A DNA stretch of 64,000 nucleotides from an uncultured Collinsella sp. GTDB taxonomy: Bacteria > Actinomycetota > Coriobacteriia > Coriobacteriales > Coriobacteriaceae. The notes below the pieces were generated by a model. It did not search any database. It had not been told where the DNA came from and worked only from the letters and a program-made list of their open reading frames with translations. Below are positions 8,707 to 17,684 of this stretch, piece after piece (the stretch's first letter is position 1; every line of letters begins with the position of its first letter). A program made the position numbers and the translations under genes. The stretch lies in contig URZI01000008.1 of the NCBI GenBank assembly GCA_900552385.1, forward strand, positions 13,640 to 77,639. The letters run 5' to 3'.

Positions 8707-9153
8707 GTGGATGCCAAGGAATACTTCGAGCGCATCCGTGATGAGGTGGCTAGCATCGAGCACGCAAAGGAGATGCTAGCCCGCCTTAAGGCTCGCGAGG
8801 GAGCCAAGGCGCAGAGCTACAGCACGGGCGGCGGCGGTGGCGGCTCAGACCCTATGGATGCGATTAACGGGCGTATCGACTTTGAGGGGAGGTTGGAAAG
8901 GAGGATCGCGGACAGCCAATCCGAGGTGGACGAAGCGTGCGTGCTGCTCTACGGTGCTGACAATCGCGGTGGCTTGGCTAAGCTCAAGGGCAACCGATAC
9001 GCCGACGCGCTGTGCATGGCCTATCTCCAAGCGATGCCATGGGACGAGATAGCCGATGTGATGCAGTGCTCGCGCCAATGGTGCAGGGAGCTTTGCAACG
9101 TTGGGTTCCGCTATATCGACGAGGTGGGCTTTGCCGCGCTCAAAGATATTTGA
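8707..9153 (+). CDS. Late transcriptional activator (RinA/ArpU-like)
   Basis: MDAKEYF...C-terminal HTH YLQAMPWDEIADVMQCS; position before the packaging module. Confidence 0.7.
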   Translation: MDAKEYFERIRDEVASIEHAKEMLARLKAREGAKAQSYSTGGGGGGSDPMDAINGRIDFEGRLERRIADSQSEVDEACVLLYGADNRGGLAKLKGNRYADALCMAYLQAMPWDEIADVMQCSRQWCRELCNVGFRYIDEVGFAALKDI

Positions 9154-9261
9154 GATTGGTACTTGTCATCACTTTTCAGTTTGTGCTACATTTCGGTACG
9201 GTGGATTATCAGAAAGGGACACGGCCTTGGGTCGCGTCCCTTTTTTGTTGGGGGTCGCGCA

Positions 9262-9591
9262 ATGGCAAAGGGCTTCTCGTATCGGTTCTACCATTCCAAG
9301 GATTGGGAACAGGCGCGAGAGCTCGCATTGCAGCGCGACGCCTATCTTTGCCAGCACTGCCTTAAGGCTGGCATCGCAACACCGGCAACGATGGTGCATC
9401 ACATCATCGAGCTAACACCATCGAACATCAGCGATCCGAACATAGCGACCGACACTCGCAACCTTGTAAGCTTGTGCGACCTCTGCCACAAGAAGGTGCA
9501 CGGCTGGGCAAGGCAGGGCAGCACAAGGCAAGGGCTGCGCTTTGACGAGGACGGCAACTTGATTTCGCTGACAGACGAAAACACAGACTGA
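9262..9591 (+). CDS. HNH endonuclease (packaging-associated)
   Basis: FYHSKDW...CQHC...VHHI...NLVSLCDLCHKKVH. Confidence 0.9.
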   Translation: MAKGFSYRFYHSKDWEQARELALQRDAYLCQHCLKAGIATPATMVHHIIELTPSNISDPNIATDTRNLVSLCDLCHKKVHGWARQGSTRQGLRFDEDGNLISLTDENTD

Positions 9592-9744
9592 GCACAAGCG
9601 CACAGTCAAACAAAATGACAGACAAAACAGCAGGTCACAGCTTCGAGCTATCCCCCCGGTCTAAAACCAAGGCACCCAGCATAGGGCACCAACGCCGGAA
9701 GATAGAAGTTTGCGTGTGACGGGTTTCAGAACGGGGGTGGTCTT
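9592..9744. other. Probable cos/packaging-site region
   Basis: Non-coding gap between HNH and small terminase with tccccccgg and gggggtgg tracts, the usual location in cos phages (inference). Confidence 0.45.
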
Positions 9745-10173
9745 GTGGGAAGGCGAAAAGTGTGCGAAAGTAACGACCTTTTGCCCAAAGCCACGGAAAG
9801 TCCCCCGAAGAAGCGCACCGCTTCCATCGAGAGCCGATACCAAAGCGAGCTGAAAAAGCTCCAACGGCTCACCAAGGACGCGATACCAGACGAGAAGCGA
9901 AGCGCCGTGCTTCCGCTGATGTCGAACATCGCGTTCTTGAAGGTCAAGCTTGACGAAGCCCGCCGCGAGCTGATGTACGAGAGCATCTTCACCGAATATG
10001 ACAACGGCGGCGGTCAATCCGGCTTGCGAGAGCATCCGGGTTTCAGCGCCTACAACAAGTTGTTTACAACCTTCTCGCGCGGCATCAAACAGCTCACCGA
10101 CATGATGCCGTCCGGCAGCACAGCAGGCGATGCGCTCATTGATTACCTCAATGAAACGCGCTTCGGCGGCTAA
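9745..10173 (+). CDS. Terminase small subunit
   Basis: Position; YDNGGGQSGLREHP...YNK..IKQL motif. Confidence 0.8.
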   Translation: MGRRKVCESNDLLPKATESPPKKRTASIESRYQSELKKLQRLTKDAIPDEKRSAVLPLMSNIAFLKVKLDEARRELMYESIFTEYDNGGGQSGLREHPGFSAYNKLFTTFSRGIKQLTDMMPSGSTAGDALIDYLNETRFGG

Positions 10174-11890
10174 GAAGCGAAGCGGCGCTGGTCGCTGCGA
10201 GCAGGCGATACGAAGCTACTTCGGTGGCATCATCAACGGTGAGATCACTGCTTGCGAGAAGATGCATCAGCTCGCGGAGCGCGTGCTGCGCGACCTGGAT
10301 AACACCGATCCGCTCTATCCGTACCATTACCGCGAGGAATTTGCGGCAAAGCACGTTGTATTCATCGAGACGTTTTGCCGCCTACCGTCCGGCAAGCTTG
10401 GGCGCAAATTCAAGCTTGAACTTTTCCAGCTTGCCATCCTGTCGGTAATCTTCGGCTTCGTCGATGTTGAGGGCGTGCGCCAATATCGCGAAGTGCTTTG
10501 GATTATGGGTCGCAAGAACGGCAAGACCGCGCTTGCGTCTGCAATCGAGCACGACTTGCTCATAAATGACGACGAGGGTGCACCGGAGGTCTATAACGTC
10601 GCTACGGCTCGTGACCAGGCGGCGAAGGGCTTCAATAATGCGTGGCGCATGGTGATGACATCGCCGGCGCTGGCAAAGCACGTGCGAAAGCGCATGAGCG
10701 ACCTTTACTGTGATCTCAACATGGGGACGATCAAAGCGCTTTCCGCCAACACGAATCACCTTGACGGCCTGGACATCTCAGGCGCTATCGTTGACGAGCT
10801 TGCAGCAATGCGAAATCGCGACCTCTACGACTTGACGATTCAGGGCATTTCCGCCCGTAGGCAACCGCTGGTTCTGGAGATCACGACCAACGGATTCGTG
10901 CGCGGTGGCATTTTCGATGCTCAGTACGAATACGCTGCCAAATGGCTGAACGGCGAAGCATCTGGAGAAAAAGCCGAGCATTTCATCGCTTTCATTTTTG
11001 AGCTTGACGAGCGCGAGGAATGGAAAGACGAGAAGTGCTGGATTAAGGCGAATCCCGGGCTTGGAACAATCAAGTCCCTGAAATCGCTCAGGGAAAACGT
11101 CTCCAAGGCACTCGATGACCCGACATTCTTGCCGACGCTGCTGGTAAAGGACTTCAACCTCATTGAGAACCAGAGTCAAGCTTGGCTCAAATGGTCTGAG
11201 ATCCACAACGAAGCAACGTTCGACCCATCCGATGGGTCTTTTTCTTATGCAGTTCTTGGCGTGGATGCTTCGGATACGACCGACCTAACGGCGGCGTGCC
11301 TGCTTATGATGCGCCCGAACGACGAGCACATATACGCAATGCACATGGCGTGGATTCCGCTTCGCGCCTTGGAACAGGCGGAAGCCGAGGGACGGCGCGG
11401 TGGGCGAGACGGCGTGCCATACGATGCCTGGATTGCTCGCGGGCTGCTCAGAACGTCGGCAACGCCGATCATCGACAAGCGCGACGTGCTGGATTGGGTC
11501 ACGGAGATTCAGGAAAAGTACGACATTTATTCGGTTGCCTGCGGCTATGACCCGTGGCATATGCGAGACGTTCCGACTGTCGAAGCGTACGAGGGCTATT
11601 TCGGCGCTGACAACTTCAAAAAGGTAATACAGGGTGCGCAAACCTTGTCCATGCCCATGAAGGAGCTGCGAGCGCTCTACAAGGAAAACCGCATCGTCGA
11701 TAACCAGAACCCTATAGCGGAATGGTGCCGCTCCAACGTGATGATCAGAAGCGATGCGAACGGCAACATCGCGCCCGACAAGAAGAACCAAGACCCGCGC
11801 AACCGCATTGATGCTTGGGCGGCTGAGTGCGACGCGTTTGTCGTGCTCAAAGACATGATGGATGACTACCAAAGCATGATTGGAGGTTAA
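10151..11890 (+). CDS. Terminase large subunit
   Basis: Walker A MGRKNGKT, VDEL Walker B, WIKANPGLG, GVDAS nuclease motif. Confidence 0.95.
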   Translation: MKRASAAKKRSGAGRCEQAIRSYFGGIINGEITACEKMHQLAERVLRDLDNTDPLYPYHYREEFAAKHVVFIETFCRLPSGKLGRKFKLELFQLAILSVIFGFVDVEGVRQYREVLWIMGRKNGKTALASAIEHDLLINDDEGAPEVYNVATARDQAAKGFNNAWRMVMTSPALAKHVRKRMSDLYCDLNMGTIKALSANTNHLDGLDISGAIVDELAAMRNRDLYDLTIQGISARRQPLVLEITTNGFVRGGIFDAQYEYAAKWLNGEASGEKAEHFIAFIFELDEREEWKDEKCWIKANPGLGTIKSLKSLRENVSKALDDPTFLPTLLVKDFNLIENQSQAWLKWSEIHNEATFDPSDGSFSYAVLGVDASDTTDLTAACLLMMRPNDEHIYAMHMAWIPLRALEQAEAEGRRGGRDGVPYDAWIARGLLRTSATPIIDKRDVLDWVTEIQEKYDIYSVACGYDPWHMRDVPTVEAYEGYFGADNFKKVIQGAQTLSMPMKELRALYKENRIVDNQNPIAEWCRSNVMIRSDANGNIAPDKKNQDPRNRIDAWAAECDAFVVLKDMMDDYQSMIGG

Positions 11891-11893
11891 AAC

Positions 11894-13153
11894 GTGCGAA
11901 AACCAACGCTTTTCCGCTCGATGTTCGATGCCGTGTTCCATAAGCCGATCATGCAGGCCGTCGATGGCTACTTCCAGACGTTCACGGCGTACGCTCCGCG
12001 TTTCACGTCATGGTCTGGCGGCATCTACGAAGCCGAGCTGACGCGCTCCATAATCGAGCGTAACGCCGACCATGCTTCAAAGCTCCGTCCCGAGATTTCA
12101 GGAACGGCGCAACCGCAATGGACGCGTTCTTTGCAGTGGCAACCGAACCCGTGGATGACAACGCCGCAGTTCTTGCATCGCGTCTCAACGATACTTGACG
12201 TTTGCGACACGTGCCTGATCGTCCCTGTTGACGGAGGGGACGGAATTACGTCCGTTGGCTATTACCCAGTGCTGCCGAGCCAGTGCGAAGCATACGACGT
12301 TGACGGCGCTTTGTGGCTTGAGCTCCGTTTTCCCGGCGGCGATAAGACCTTGATTGAGTGGTCGCGCATCGGCGTTATGACGAGGCACCAATTCAAGAGC
12401 GATCTGTTCGGTGACGGTACCAACGTGCTCAATCCAACGCTTGATTTGATTCACGCTCAAGAGGAAGCCGAGAAAACAGCTATCGAGCAGGGCGCGGCGG
12501 TGCGCTTCATCGGCAAACTTTCGCAAAACCGAAACCCGAAAGACGCGATTGAATCCGCAGAAGCTTTCAATAAGCAGCTGGGGGCTTCGAATGCTGGCGG
12601 CATCGTCGTTTACGACAACAAATATCAAGAGGTCAAGCAGATCGCGCCGCAGAGCTACACCGTTGACGCTGCGCAAATGGAGCGCATAGAAAAAGCGGCC
12701 TATCGTTTCTTCGGATCAAGCGAAGACATCGTTATGAACAAGGCCGACGAGGACACGTACAACGCCTTTTACGAGGGACGTACTGAGGTCTTCGCAATCC
12801 AACTCGGGTACGTGCTCACGGCGATGACGTTCACGCCGAACGAGATTGCCCATGGCAACTCGATTATGTTCAGTGCAAATCGCCTTGAGTTTGCGAGCAA
12901 TCAAACGAAGCTTAACGTTTCAACGGCGCTGTTCGACCGAGGGATTTGGTGCGGCAACCAAGTTGCCGAGGTCTTCCAATCGCCGAGCTATCCGGGCGGC
13001 GAACGTCACGTTATTCGCGGCGAGTACATCGACCTCGATCTAATCAGCCAGCATACATCAGAGCAGGCGGCGGCTGCTGCCCAGACTAATGCGAACATCG
13101 CCGCGACTGACGGCAAGAAAGATGGTGGTGAAGATGCCAGCCAAACCGAATGA
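11894..13153 (+). CDS. Portal protein (HK97 family)
   Basis: QPNPWMT...F pattern; position after TerL. Confidence 0.9.
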   Translation: MRKPTLFRSMFDAVFHKPIMQAVDGYFQTFTAYAPRFTSWSGGIYEAELTRSIIERNADHASKLRPEISGTAQPQWTRSLQWQPNPWMTTPQFLHRVSTILDVCDTCLIVPVDGGDGITSVGYYPVLPSQCEAYDVDGALWLELRFPGGDKTLIEWSRIGVMTRHQFKSDLFGDGTNVLNPTLDLIHAQEEAEKTAIEQGAAVRFIGKLSQNRNPKDAIESAEAFNKQLGASNAGGIVVYDNKYQEVKQIAPQSYTVDAAQMERIEKAAYRFFGSSEDIVMNKADEDTYNAFYEGRTEVFAIQLGYVLTAMTFTPNEIAHGNSIMFSANRLEFASNQTKLNVSTALFDRGIWCGNQVAEVFQSPSYPGGERHVIRGEYIDLDLISQHTSEQAAAAAQTNANIAATDGKKDGGEDASQTE

Positions 13154-13775
13154 GCGCCAATACCGCGCAATGCCAGTCATGGTGCGAGCGCTTGGCGCTG
13201 ATGATGGGAAGCGCGAGAAGCGCTTCGATACCGAGTACTACGTTGAGGGATACGCTTCGACATTCGCTGACCCTTACGTGCTGTTCGAGGACTTCGACGG
13301 AAACGAGTACCGCGAGATCATCTCGCCTATGGCTTTTGCCGATGCGGACATGACCGACGTAATCATGCAGTTCGACCATTCCGGCAAGGTCCTTGCGCGA
13401 ATGAGCAACGGGACGCTGATTGTCGAGCCTGACGAGCATGGGCTGTTCGTCGCTGCCGACCTGTCGGGTTCACAGGCGGCACGCGACCTTTACGAAGAGA
13501 TTACCAACGGGCTTGTTACCCGCATGTCGTGGTCTTTCATGATTGCGGCAGACGAGTACGACCGCGAAACCCGAACAACGACTATCACCCGCGTTAAGAA
13601 GGTCTACGACGTGAGCGCCGTGAGCCTGCCGGCGGACCCGAACACGGAGATTAGTGCAAGAAACCTGCTCAACGGAGTGATCGAGCAGTCGCGCAAGGAG
13701 TTTGCGCGAAGGAGGGGCGCGTTGCTTCGAGCAAAAGCGTGCCTGGCAATTACCAATGCGAAGAAAGGTAACTAG
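13134..13775 (+). CDS. Prohead protease (HK97 family)
   Basis: VEGYASTF, FDHSGKVLAR, MSWSF, DVSAVSLPADPNT. Confidence 0.9.
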   Translation: MPAKPNERQYRAMPVMVRALGADDGKREKRFDTEYYVEGYASTFADPYVLFEDFDGNEYREIISPMAFADADMTDVIMQFDHSGKVLARMSNGTLIVEPDEHGLFVAADLSGSQAARDLYEEITNGLVTRMSWSFMIAADEYDRETRTTTITRVKKVYDVSAVSLPADPNTEISARNLLNGVIEQSRKEFARRRGALLRAKACLAITNAKKGN

Positions 13776-13777
13776 CA

Positions 13778-15031
13778 ATGACACTTGAGGAACTTCTTAA
13801 CGACCTGCAAGCGCTTGTCGACCAGTATTCTGACGGTGCTGAACCGACGGAAGAGGATGCAGCCCGCATGGCCGAGCTGACCGACCAGATTAACGAGCGC
13901 ATCGCCCAGACCGCACAGGCGGTGCAGGTTCGCAACGCCGCCGTCGCGAACGCCCGTGCCGCCATCGACGCAGGCCGCGCACAGCGCGTGGATTCCGTGC
14001 CGCTGGCGCGTTCCGCCAACGTCGCTGGCATCCCCGGCGCTGCATATGACGTGACCGACTACGACACAGCCGAGCGCCACGCGTGGGCTAAGGGTCTTGC
14101 CGAGCGCTCCGGCATCCAGCTTATCGGCGGCACCGCACTTACCGATGTCGAGCGTGCTGCTCAGCGCCACGCAATCGAGCAGCGAGCCGAGTTCACCATG
14201 ACCACGGCCAACACCGAATCCATCGTTCCCGTGGCCGTGCAGAACGAGATCATTTCCCTTATCGACAACACTGCTGTTCTCTTCGGTGACATCAGCCGAA
14301 CGAACATGTCTGGTCAGGTCGAGTTCCCGCGCCACAAGTCCATCAAGAAGGGCGATGCGGCCAAGACCGACGAGGGCGCAGCCCCTACCGATATCGAGGA
14401 AAATGACTTCGATACCGTGCCGCTCGCAGGATCGGAGATTAAGAAGACCGTCGAGATGTCCCGAAAGATGTCAACGCAGTCGCTTTCCGGCTTCGAGCAG
14501 TACATCATTTCCGAGGTCTCTGCACGTCTCTCCGTCGCGTGCAACGCATTCGTTCACGAGAAGCTTGCCGATGAGAATTACGGCATCGCGACTGCTAACA
14601 AGATTCAGACGGCGGCAGTAAAGAAGCTTACCAAGGCCGACATCGTGAAGATGCTGAGCCTGCTCCGCTCTTACGGCAACGCAGCTGCTAAGGGAATCAT
14701 CATCTACGCCAATAACAACACCATCTGGAACCAGATTGCCATGCTTGAGGATGCCAACGGTCGATCTTATTTTGCAAATGAGGCTACCGAAGATCCGACG
14801 GTTCAGGGTCGAATCTTCGGCAAGGTGGTCAAGCAGGACGATTCCATTGCCGATGGCGTTATCAAGGCTGGTTTCCCCGACCTCTTCAAGGGCAATATCT
14901 TTGATGGCCCGGATGTGACGTCTTACGTCCAGCCACGAAGCCAGAAGCGCTGCTTCGACGGTTATGTTCTGTTCGACGGTGTTCTTACTGTCCCCGAAGC
15001 GTTCGCACAGCTCACTATCAAGCAGGCTTAA
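13778..15031 (+). CDS. Major capsid protein (HK97 fold)
   Basis: N-terminal coiled delta domain, IVP..NEII, GRIFGKVV. Confidence 0.9.
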   Translation: MTLEELLNDLQALVDQYSDGAEPTEEDAARMAELTDQINERIAQTAQAVQVRNAAVANARAAIDAGRAQRVDSVPLARSANVAGIPGAAYDVTDYDTAERHAWAKGLAERSGIQLIGGTALTDVERAAQRHAIEQRAEFTMTTANTESIVPVAVQNEIISLIDNTAVLFGDISRTNMSGQVEFPRHKSIKKGDAAKTDEGAAPTDIEENDFDTVPLAGSEIKKTVEMSRKMSTQSLSGFEQYIISEVSARLSVACNAFVHEKLADENYGIATANKIQTAAVKKLTKADIVKMLSLLRSYGNAAAKGIIIYANNNTIWNQIAMLEDANGRSYFANEATEDPTVQGRIFGKVVKQDDSIADGVIKAGFPDLFKGNIFDGPDVTSYVQPRSQKRCFDGYVLFDGVLTVPEAFAQLTIKQA

Positions 15032-15045
15032 GGAGGTGGCGCGGC

Positions 15046-15360
15046 ATGGCCGACAATGCCAAGACAGAGCTGCTCGATGCCTGCCGCGCTGCGCTTCGCA
15101 TCCCGGCTTTCGTATACGACTACGACGAAGAGATTTCGGACGCAATCGAAGCCGCCCGCGCCGAGCTGGTTGCGGGCGGCGTAGCGGATGCCAAGGCGCA
15201 CGACGATTCGGACGGGCGCGTTAGACTTGCGATAAAGGTTTACGTCAAGGCCAACTTCGGCATGGACAACCCAGACGCCGAGCTCTTCATGAAGGCGTTC
15301 GAAACCATGCTTACGAGCATGAGCGGTGATTCGGCGTACAACGGCGGTGATGCCGCATGA
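15046..15360 (+). CDS. Head-tail connector (gp6-like)
   Basis: ALRI...DEEISDAIEAA...LAIKVYVKANFG. Confidence 0.8.
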   Translation: MADNAKTELLDACRAALRIPAFVYDYDEEISDAIEAARAELVAGGVADAKAHDDSDGRVRLAIKVYVKANFGMDNPDAELFMKAFETMLTSMSGDSAYNGGDAA

Positions 15361-15665
15361 GTGGGTGGGCTGGCGTTTGCACGCTTATCGCCACGGTATC
15401 CGAGCGTGACGAGCTGGGAGTATCGCACAAAAAGGAGCGCCGCCGCCGTGTTCCCTGCAACGTGTACGGCATCAGCCAGACGGCGTATTACACCGCCGCG
15501 CAGGCAGGAGTTAAACCGCAGGCTGTCATCACGGTACGCGCGTGCGCCTACAGCGGTGAAAGGCTCTGCGAGTTCGGCGGAATCCGCTACGCCGTCGATT
15601 CGGCGGTTGTGGCGAACGTCGACAATGTGCGGCTTACACTCGTCGAGAAGGTGGGCAACCGGTGA
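15357..15665 (+). CDS. Head closure protein
   Basis: Position; YTAAQAGVKP motif. Confidence 0.75.
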   Translation: MSGWAGVCTLIATVSERDELGVSHKKERRRRVPCNVYGISQTAYYTAAQAGVKPQAVITVRACAYSGERLCEFGGIRYAVDSAVVANVDNVRLTLVEKVGNR

Positions 15666-16039
15666 GCGGGATAAAGATCGACCAGCTTGAATCAATCATC
15701 GTCAACAGCATTGAAGAGGTTATCGAGGACAACGAAGAGATCTTGCAGGGCAACGTCAAGGCCGCTGGCAACAAGGCGGTTCGCCTTCTGAAAGAGCGAA
15801 GCCGGAAGAAGAAGCGCCACGGCGGGAGCTACGCAAGGGGATGGTCTGCCGACGTTAAGAGCGAAGCGACTGGCACCACCTGCGTTGTTCACAACAGGCA
15901 GTATCAGCTTACGCATTTGCTTGAGAACGGCCACGTTATCAAAAACCAGCACGGCAGCTATCCCGGCAGGGTCGAAGGCGATCACGTTATCGAGGGCGTT
16001 TACAGGGAAGTTGCCGCTGAGTTCTCCAAGGGGGCGTAA
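15662..16039 (+). CDS. HK97 gp10-family neck protein
   Basis: GSYARGW...YQLTHLLENGH. Confidence 0.85.
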   Translation: MSGIKIDQLESIIVNSIEEVIEDNEEILQGNVKAAGNKAVRLLKERSRKKKRHGGSYARGWSADVKSEATGTTCVVHNRQYQLTHLLENGHVIKNQHGSYPGRVEGDHVIEGVYREVAAEFSKGA

Positions 16040-16365
16040 TGAACAGCCTTAAAGACCTGGCACAGCTTCTTGATGCATTCGGCCTGCCGTGGGCTAACGG
16101 CGGTTTCCGCGATGGAGAGTCTCCCACACCTCCGTATATCGACATCGAAGCCGGTTACGGCGATGGCGTGAGCGCCGACAACGTGGGATGGTGCCGCTGG
16201 ATGCCCTACGATGTGGCGCTTTACGTTCGAGAGCGCGACTACGGGCTTGAGAAGCGATTCGAAGCGGCGCTCGATGCCGCAGAGTTTAACTACAACAAGA
16301 CGGTAACGCCGCTTGACGGTGACGAGCTGGTTGAGACGGCTTACGAAATCGACGTTACCGAATGA
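16039..16365 (+). CDS. Tail terminator-like protein
   Basis: Position before major tail; PPYI...ADN. Confidence 0.7.
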   Translation: MNSLKDLAQLLDAFGLPWANGGFRDGESPTPPYIDIEAGYGDGVSADNVGWCRWMPYDVALYVRERDYGLEKRFEAALDAAEFNYNKTVTPLDGDELVETAYEIDVTE

Positions 16366-16379
16366 TGAAAGGAGCCGAC

Positions 16380-16970
16380 ATGGCACGAAATGGGTTCTTC
16401 GGCCTTAAGAACGTGCACATTGCGCGTTTTACAAACGAGGATACGTTCGAGTACGAGAAGCCCGTTCATATCCTGGGCGCGGTCGAATTTAAGATGGATC
16501 CTTCAATCGAGCAGGCTACGAGCTACGGCGATAACGAAACTTGGCTCGATAAGTATCAGGACAACGGCGGCAATATCACTTGGTCGCTCTACGATATCGA
16601 GAGCACGCCGGAGCTGCGCGAGATTCTGGCCGACATCAACGGATTCGATATCGACGCGAAAGGACGCGTGCTTGCAACGTCCGGCAAGCCACCTAAGCCG
16701 TTCGCCTTCATGTGCGAGCAGCCCGGCCACGCCGTCGGAAAGCGCCGCTGCATCTACAAGTGCACGAGCAAGCCCGCATCCGTCGATGCGAAGACGCTTG
16801 AGGAAAAGCCAGACATCACGCAGCTTGATTACAATCTTACGTTCCGTCCCGTCACGCTTCCGACCGGCTGGCGCGGAAGCTACATCGACACGTACAGCGA
16901 CCTCGCGGATTACGATAAGTTCTTCGAGCAGGTGGATACCGCCGTCAAGCCTAAGACCGAGGCAGCGTAA
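16380..16970 (+). CDS. Major tail protein (phi13-like)
   Basis: FGLKNVHIA...YGDN...FAFMCE..RRCIYKC. Confidence 0.85.
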   Translation: MARNGFFGLKNVHIARFTNEDTFEYEKPVHILGAVEFKMDPSIEQATSYGDNETWLDKYQDNGGNITWSLYDIESTPELREILADINGFDIDAKGRVLATSGKPPKPFAFMCEQPGHAVGKRRCIYKCTSKPASVDAKTLEEKPDITQLDYNLTFRPVTLPTGWRGSYIDTYSDLADYDKFFEQVDTAVKPKTEAA

Positions 16971-17416
16971 TGGACGGCGGGATCATCGAGGTTGGCGGAG
17001 TTGAGTATCCCGTTGCTTGCAACGCCTTTACACCTATTGCGTACTCGCGCGAGTTCTTCGTTGAGCGCAAGGACGGGAGCCGCCGCCCCAAGGACATCAA
17101 CGAAGCTATTTCCGTTGTTCTTGACGTCTCGTCAGCGTCGAATATTCCGCCCATCGTGCCACTGCTTGAGATTTTCTACGCCTGCGCGAAGACGTACAAC
17201 GCCACGGCAAAGGAGAAGACAGATCTTGGCAAGTCCTTTGAGGATTGGGTTTGCGGCTTCCCGCAATCGGAATTCGACCTTGAGCGCGAAGGCGGTTGGT
17301 CATCTGACGTGATGCAGATAATCAAGGACAACTTTTTTCCGAACGCAAAAGCGGACGTGGAAGCCGCGACCGCCGAAGCATCAGATGCCGCCGCTTCCGC
17401 CGGAGCTGGAGAGTAG
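16970..17416 (+). CDS. Tail assembly chaperone (gpG-like)
   Basis: Position between MTP and tape measure; AAC TTT TTT CCG slippery run at 17330-17341. Confidence 0.75.
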   Translation: MDGGIIEVGGVEYPVACNAFTPIAYSREFFVERKDGSRRPKDINEAISVVLDVSSASNIPPIVPLLEIFYACAKTYNATAKEKTDLGKSFEDWVCGFPQSEFDLEREGGWSSDVMQIIKDNFFPNAKADVEAATAEASDAAASAGAGE

Positions 17417-17603
17417 CTGCGACACACTCTATATCTATTCTTGCCAGCAGGCTGGATTGAGCATCCAAGACCTGCACACGCTGTCTTATGCGCAAGTGCA
17501 AAATCTTATTGATATATACAGCTTCGTCAACGATGCCGTGGCGTATGCCGAGGATGACGAGCAGGCGCGGCAGGGCGAAGCGGCCTTCTGGTCTGGACTG
17601 TGA
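17331..17603 (+). CDS. gpT-like frameshifted extension of tail chaperone
   Basis: Open +1 frame from 17322 to TGA 17603 overlapping the chaperone 3' end. Confidence 0.6.
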   Translation, partial: TFFRTQKRTWKPRPPKHQMPPLPPELESSCDTLYIYSCQQAGLSIQDLHTLSYAQVQNLIDIYSFVNDAVAYAEDDEQARQGEAAFWSGL

Positions 17604-17684
17604 GCGTAAAGCGCCAGCGCACCTATGCGGTGCGCTGTTCTGTGCGCTCATTTCTTTCATTGACAACTGAAAAGAGGTAGAACC

